A stretch of 64,000 nt of DNA from Chroococcales cyanobacterium (GTDB taxonomy: Bacteria > Cyanobacteriota > Cyanobacteriia > Cyanobacteriales > Nostocaceae). The stretch covers positions 5,901-69,900 of the forward strand of contig JBBSOX010000018.1 in assembly GCA_038259325.1 (NCBI GenBank), given 5' to 3'. Of the stretch, positions 58,581 through 64,000 are shown piece by piece; within the stretch, counting starts at the first letter, position 1; each line of letters starts with the position of its first letter. Position numbers and translations under genes: made by a program. A model generated the notes under the pieces. It saw nothing but the letters and a program-made list of their open reading frames with translations, did no database searches and was not told the origin of the DNA.

Positions 58581-60983
58581 TCAATTAATAACTAAGTAAA
58601 TTCCCCAAATCGCCATTGCCCGTAAGTAAGTACTAGCACGGAAAGTACCAGCTGCGGTAATAGCTTCAGGTGTGCGAAATTGTAGACCATTGTTGTAAAT
58701 TTGCTCCACTACAGCTTGTGTTAACCTCAATGCTTCATCCTTCATTCCCATTTGCACAAGAAAAGCCGCCAGCCCAAAGTTTATACCTGTCCAAACTTCT
58801 AGGGGATGAGTAGCTTTGGGGTTTTCTGGTGAACCGTCAGGACGAACACCATTAGCAGCACCAAACTCACCATTACAGAATTTTAAAAAGCACGCATCAT
58901 AAACGGTTTTTAGAGCAGAGAGAGCGCGATCGCTCGGTACAATATCAGGTAAGTCCAGCAGACGAGCATAAAACTGTCCGCACAATTGATCTGCCATCAC
59001 TACATCGGAACCACTTTCACTATCAAGTTTGTAATATTTCCCATTCCAAAGTTTTTCTTGGTAAATGGGGCGAGATTGTTTCAACCAAGCTTCATAAGTG
59101 GACTTTTGCGCCGCCAATTCTGCTGTGTTACCTGTCTGGTAAGTTAATAAAATATCGCTAATTGCGATCGCAGCCTCCAACGCCGCCAACCACAACCCCC
59201 CGCAATATGCACTGACACCTTGTAACCGCCAATCATCAAAGGTTTGATCAGGCGCACCAGAATTTTCGGGAATTCCATCGCCATCAATGTCAAAGGTTTT
59301 CAGGTAGTCCAGGGTTTGAACGATCGCATTCCAGCAATCTGCTAAGAATTCTACATCGTCAGCGCCTGTAAGCAAAAAATCACGATACACTTGCAAGACA
59401 AAATCACTACCCAAATCTTTCCACAAATTGCAGTCTTGATAGCTGGTGTAGTTGGTTTTTTCCCAAACGTGTTCATTTGGTGCGCCTAAATCGTGGGGTG
59501 TTGCACCTACGACTTTGCGAACTGCGATCGGGCTTTCTGCCTTAATTGTCATGTAATAGCCAATTATCCTGGGTGTATCGTCACCTTGAGGAATCGCCCG
59601 TGCAAATGCCCGAATCACCGATTTTTCCAGTTCTGGAAACAGCATCAGCAGGGCAAAAGAGCCATATAACCGCACATCTAGACTTTCATACCAACGGTAA
59701 TCTAGGCACTCCAGGACTGCAAACTGACCGATGGGGTCAAGTTCTGATGCAGCATTCCAGAGAGTACCACCACTGGTAAGGTCATAAAGCTCATTAAATA
59801 GAGCCATCTTAAACCAATTGGGTAAATCTTCCCGGTCGAGAATCGGTTTTTGCCAAGCTTGAATTTGTGATCGCCAGGTTTGGTATTCTTGTAGTGCAGT
59901 AGATGCGATCGCCCAAGCATTATCACCACTTTTACCAAAAAAGTCTGTATATCTGCGATAATAGTTGACTCCGGCGGCAAATTCTGTAATCGGCAAATCC
60001 CAAGCGAGGACAAAGGGGATTTCGAGAGTTTCGCCTGGTTGGAGAGTGAAACGGAGTGCCATCGCAGCCCCTAATTGTTCACCTTCTGCGACTGGATTGG
60101 CATCTATATAATTGGGCAAAGAACCATCTTTAACAAAGCTTTGCCATACGTCATCACCCGTTCCTTCAGGATTCCAGCGAGTGTGGTGAAATACTTCCAC
60201 TTGGGGATGCTTAACTGTAGCAATACACCAAGTTCCGTCACCTTCTTGCAAGGGTTGATCACTACCAACCCGACCTAAAACACAGCCAAACTGTTGTGTA
60301 TTTTCAACTATCTGGTTATAGTTTCCTTGACTTTCGCCCCAGCGCGGTTGGTATTCGTAAACCGGACTACCATCATCGCGCACTCGCACTTCGGGAGATT
60401 TGAGAGCGTTTGTAAACCAGCCCACCATATTTTGCCAAGTGAGCATAATGCTGAGAGTAATCGGTGCATCCGTGGGGTTGTGGGCATTCCAGAGGAATAT
60501 TGCCACAGGGTAGCTAGTTTCTTGGTAATTACCTGCCCAGATTGGTGAAAACTGCTCACAAGTCAACTGTGCTTGGAAAACATTTTCATACGCAAACCAG
60601 CTACGTGGGTATAGCGCGTGATAATTACCTGTCCCCTCTGGAAGTGTCGGATAGTACTGCCAAGCTTTGAAAGTACCATCATCAGGCGCTTGCGTAGATA
60701 AAGCGTAGGCTTGGGAAGATGTGCTATTGGATTCAAATACACTGAATTGACAAGCGGGAACATTTTTGAAGGTATGCTCACCGCCATCGATGTGCCACAG
60801 GTTAAAATCTCCCCGTGAAGAACGACCGATGCAACCTGCACCAAAGCCACCTAAAGGCATACCATGCCAAGGGCCATCATCGATATTACTTTCGTAGCGG
60901 ACGGTATAAGGTTTGTCCCAGCCTAAGCCGATAGGACGGCTCCAAGTGCAAGAGGGAATTTTCACAGAGAGTTGATTTGTCAT
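58581..60983 (-). CDS. Glycoside hydrolase family 116 (non-lysosomal glucosylceramidase-like beta-glucosidase)
   Basis: GMPLGGFGAG, YESLDV, PHDLG, PDQTFDDW, DQLCGQFY, EVWTG, FRTPEA, YLRAMAIW. Confidence 0.92.
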   Translation of the reverse strand: MTNQLSVKIPSCTWSRPIGLGWDKPYTVRYESNIDDGPWHGMPLGGFGAGCIGRSSRGDFNLWHIDGGEHTFKNVPACQFSVFESNSTSSQAYALSTQAPDDGTFKAWQYYPTLPEGTGNYHALYPRSWFAYENVFQAQLTCEQFSPIWAGNYQETSYPVAIFLWNAHNPTDAPITLSIMLTWQNMVGWFTNALKSPEVRVRDDGSPVYEYQPRWGESQGNYNQIVENTQQFGCVLGRVGSDQPLQEGDGTWCIATVKHPQVEVFHHTRWNPEGTGDDVWQSFVKDGSLPNYIDANPVAEGEQLGAAMALRFTLQPGETLEIPFVLAWDLPITEFAAGVNYYRRYTDFFGKSGDNAWAIASTALQEYQTWRSQIQAWQKPILDREDLPNWFKMALFNELYDLTSGGTLWNAASELDPIGQFAVLECLDYRWYESLDVRLYGSFALLMLFPELEKSVIRAFARAIPQGDDTPRIIGYYMTIKAESPIAVRKVVGATPHDLGAPNEHVWEKTNYTSYQDCNLWKDLGSDFVLQVYRDFLLTGADDVEFLADCWNAIVQTLDYLKTFDIDGDGIPENSGAPDQTFDDWRLQGVSAYCGGLWLAALEAAIAISDILLTYQTGNTAELAAQKSTYEAWLKQSRPIYQEKLWNGKYYKLDSESGSDVVMADQLCGQFYARLLDLPDIVPSDRALSALKTVYDACFLKFCNGEFGAANGVRPDGSPENPKATHPLEVWTGINFGLAAFLVQMGMKDEALRLTQAVVEQIYNNGLQFRTPEAITAAGTFRASTYLRAMAIWGIYLVIN

Positions 60984-61141
60984 CGCCTAATGTTATAGCG
61001 TGCAGTTACGTCCATGAAGACTAGCGCGATGTGCGATTTTTCTCAAGTCGTTTGTTTGTAACTAGCAGCAGCCCAGGAAGTAGAAAAAATATAGAAACAT
61101 AAAACTAGTGATTACAATACTTGATATTTTTATATAAATAT

Positions 61142-61645
61142 TTAGCTTTGAGGTAGTAATTCTGTTTGATAAACTTTCACTTTTTTTGATCGGTTTAAAA
61201 TATCACATTTTGCTATAGATTGAACAAGATTTATTTCTCTATCTTTTAAGTAATGATAACATTGTGGCGGTCGAAAATCTGACCATTCTTCTCTTAACTG
61301 TTCAAGCTTAATTGGTGAATCAAAACTGAATGGTTTTTTAAAGAAAATAGCAAAAGCAGTTTGGGAATTTTCGTAGTATTTTTGAAAGCATTCATAGCTA
61401 ATTCCGCCCTTATCTTTAACAATTTTCCAAAGTTTATTCGGCGGCATTTCGATAACTTTTTCTACTTCAAGCACTCCAACCAATGCTTGTTCCGGGGATG
61501 TCGCGTAAACGAGAATCAGATCATCCTCATTTAAATAGCGAGGTCTGACACGACGAAACTCGACTTGCTTATCACCACCAAATATCATTCTTGCATACTT
61601 GTGGTGGATAGATAAAAGAAGTATATTTGGAGACATTAAACTCAT
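61142..61645 (-). CDS. ASCH (PUA-like) domain protein
   Basis: LLSI...YA..IF.GDKQVEFRR (GxKxxExR), VYATSP, F..PI.L..L, FRPPQ.Y.Y. Confidence 0.88.
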   Translation of the reverse strand: MSLMSPNILLLSIHHKYARMIFGGDKQVEFRRVRPRYLNEDDLILVYATSPEQALVGVLEVEKVIEMPPNKLWKIVKDKGGISYECFQKYYENSQTAFAIFFKKPFSFDSPIKLEQLREEWSDFRPPQCYHYLKDREINLVQSIAKCDILNRSKKVKVYQTELLPQS

Positions 61646-63777
61646 TATAGTATAGGATTTGAAGTTCCTATATTATATAATATTTTAAAGTTATTTGTCG
61701 TTATCTTGAAAGATGATTGTACTGAAATATTGCGTCCTAATATCTGTTTAATATCTTCCAAAATTATTGGATTTTTAAATAACTCAGTATCACTAAACTT
61801 GACAGCCATAATATCTTTATTTAGATCATTATCAGCTATTTCTAAAATGTCTTTGAAATTAAATACTCCAAGTCTTCTGAAGCGTCTATATAACTCTTTG
61901 GGTTTCCCAATTACAATTTCGTCAAGTCGTGAACAAGCTCGAATAGCTTTTAAAGTATAAGAACTATTTTTTCCAGTACCAGATTTACTTACATACCATA
62001 AAATTCTCCCTGGGGCCTGCATTGCACGCTTTGCACAGTAGTAAACTACTTCGCGTTTAAGAGCTATTTCTTCTTTAGATCCCCATAAAACTTCACTCGC
62101 CAATTCTTTATCGAACAAATCTTTAGCAAACCATGATTGAATGGGAATAATGAAAGTGGGAATTTCAGCATCAGCAATTTTAGCAGGATAAAGTATCCGC
62201 TCAATATCTGCCATCAGCTCTGTTTTACTGAGTAGACATTGATTTTCTAAAATTTCTACAAATGGAAAATATTTTTCATAGCCTTCACCTGATTCTTGAC
62301 ATAGATTAGAAATATATGAGGAAATATCTGCTGCATTTTGTATTATAGCTAAGTTAGCTCTTAACCATCCCTCTTGAGTTTTTATAAAACTATCTTCTTG
62401 AAGTGCAGCAATAGTTATATCCTCTAAGTATGTTTCACTGATTCTGGTAAATTGTCTTTGTTCACTAGCAGCGGTAGAAAAACATTGGAAGATACAGCGG
62501 CGTAACACAGTAGGCGTAAGCTTACTATCTATAAAACGAAAAACAGGAATTTTTAACTCGCCATTTTCTGATCTATCGTAAACTATTAAAGCTATTGGTT
62601 TTTCTTTTTTACGACCAACTGTAAAACATTTAAATTGTTTGGTATTTGAAAGTAATTTGCGAATCTTTTTTCTAAAATCAGATTTTTTCTCCCCTTGAGG
62701 ATTGTTTAAGAATAAGTCAATTATTGAATCTATCTCTCCACTCTGTATACGCTTTTCTTCTATATCAGTTCCAACTAAACGTTCAGGCTGGTATTCGGTT
62801 TCTCTACGGAGTTCATCTAGCCTAATAATTAAATCAATTGGATGAATAATTAACAAACTAAATTCTTTATATATGTCTGTTTCAATTCCTAGTAAACGTT
62901 TATCTCGTGTTACAAAGAAAGAAGTTTTTATACTGGAACTAATAACTCTTGCAATTTGTCGAAGGTCTGAATAATCGCTATCTTTCATGTCTTCTGGAAA
63001 AAATTTACGTATAGCCTTACAGGCTTGTTCAAATTCTTCTTGGGTACAAGGAAGAAATGTAAATTTGCTGGTTATTTCACGTAATTTTTTCCGTTTTTTA
63101 CTATCTTCATTCCTACTTATTTCATTATTAATTTCATTAGTAAGGCATAATTCCAGTTCTGGTTCTAACCAATCGGCAATTAAAACTTTAGATTCTTTGC
63201 CTTCTTCATCAAAATTCTCATCATCTACTAAATCAAAGAAAATATTTGCATCTATTGCCACACAAATCCTAGATTCAGTTTTTTGGTAAGCAAGAGTAGT
63301 TAATAAATTAGAATGGCCATAATCGAACCACCATTCAGTAAGAATGCTGCCATCCTTACTTTTTCCTGGTCTTTCATGGAGAGGAACAAAACCAAGACCA
63401 GCCCACATTCTATCTAGCTGATAGTCTCGACGACAGGATGCAAGAATACCGTATAGATGCTGAGTTCTTTTCCTTAAATCTTGGATAAGTAACTTTGTAA
63501 TTCCTTTATGTCGCCACTCTTGAGCTACACAAAGATGTGTGAGTTTTACTCTAGAACAACGACGATTAATCCCGTAGAGAAGATATCCAACACAACCTAC
63601 TTTTGGAGCTATACAGCCGAGAACGAAGCCTTCACCAGCAAGTCTACGGAAAGCTCCATACGGTAACGATCCAAGAGTTTTGGAATTGGCATCTCCTAAA
63701 CGCATTATAGTTTCCAGATACTCGGAATCTGGGCTAATTTCTTGAATGCTAAACTTTAACGACTCCCCTTTTACCAT
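61645..63777 (-). CDS. GNAT acetyltransferase - PIN nuclease - degenerate GNAT-like - EVE/PUA-like multidomain protein
   Basis: GNAT motif A LTHLCV..EWRHKGIT and WAGLGF; PIN acidic set IDANIFFDL / EINNEI / SDLRQI / FVTRD; C-terminal IIPIQ..FA..LF, ILWYVS, FRRLGVF, F.NPI.L. Confidence 0.8.
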   Translation of the reverse strand: MVKGESLKFSIQEISPDSEYLETIMRLGDANSKTLGSLPYGAFRRLAGEGFVLGCIAPKVGCVGYLLYGINRRCSRVKLTHLCVAQEWRHKGITKLLIQDLRKRTQHLYGILASCRRDYQLDRMWAGLGFVPLHERPGKSKDGSILTEWWFDYGHSNLLTTLAYQKTESRICVAIDANIFFDLVDDENFDEEGKESKVLIADWLEPELELCLTNEINNEISRNEDSKKRKKLREITSKFTFLPCTQEEFEQACKAIRKFFPEDMKDSDYSDLRQIARVISSSIKTSFFVTRDKRLLGIETDIYKEFSLLIIHPIDLIIRLDELRRETEYQPERLVGTDIEEKRIQSGEIDSIIDLFLNNPQGEKKSDFRKKIRKLLSNTKQFKCFTVGRKKEKPIALIVYDRSENGELKIPVFRFIDSKLTPTVLRRCIFQCFSTAASEQRQFTRISETYLEDITIAALQEDSFIKTQEGWLRANLAIIQNAADISSYISNLCQESGEGYEKYFPFVEILENQCLLSKTELMADIERILYPAKIADAEIPTFIIPIQSWFAKDLFDKELASEVLWGSKEEIALKREVVYYCAKRAMQAPGRILWYVSKSGTGKNSSYTLKAIRACSRLDEIVIGKPKELYRRFRRLGVFNFKDILEIADNDLNKDIMAVKFSDTELFKNPIILEDIKQILGRNISVQSSFKITTNNFKILYNIGTSNPIL

Positions 63778-64000
63778 GTAAATAACCTTTCTAAATCTCA
63801 GGATATGCTTAATTTTTCTATAGTAATCATATTTGATTTTTGAAAAGTCAAGTTGATTGAAAGTTTGCCAAATAAGGTTTTACTTATCAGTACACTTAGC
63901 AAATTTTAAATGGTATTATACCGATTACCTGTGAGGTTGCATAGAATAATTTGCTAAAACCCCTTGCCTCACCAAGGCGGATTTTGTGCAGCTTTACAAA

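Noticed and set aside
50610-63289. Many antisense or overlapping ORFs in the track (e.g. 50610-50858, 52797-53018, 59546-59779, 62987-63289; likewise 20697-21227 and 47893-48402)
   Set aside because: They lie opposite well-supported genes and have no motifs of their own.
1-64000. rRNA, tRNA, cas genes, integrase or prophage genes
   Set aside because: None recognised on either strand by eye; a tRNAscan/Infernal run would be needed to exclude small RNAs.

Overview
A 64-kb chromosomal window from a heterocyst-forming cyanobacterium (Nostoc-like), judged by abundant HIP1 GCGATCGC octamers, heptamer STRR arrays, psbQ, ndhM and the nirA-nrtP-narB operon. Recognisable blocks: hemJ / hydrolase / oxidoreductase / psbQ; a heme catalase next to the six-gene ebo cluster (eboA-B-C-E-F plus a divergent eboD); ctpB; two tnpA-less TnpB (IS200/IS605) elements and an orphan IS605 right end; a PP2C (PrpJ-like) / CHAT-FHA / FHA-PrsW signalling-proteolysis block; the nitrate assimilation cluster (narM, narB, nrtP, nirA, Rieske, nirB, ntcB, cnaT) with well-matching NtcA and NtcB sites; a serpin beside a subtilase with an unusual catalytic residue; rpe; a hetP-family gene behind a collapsed HetC-like exporter; and a GH116 glucosidase. 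The best candidate for an uncharacterised system is the AT-rich, translationally coupled pair at 61142-63777: a GNAT-PIN-(GNAT-like)-EVE/PUA-like protein plus an ASCH protein. The second highlight is a nested set of miniature mobile elements that appear to target one short palindrome, with target duplications readable from the sequence. All calls come from reading motifs by eye; no database searches were run.
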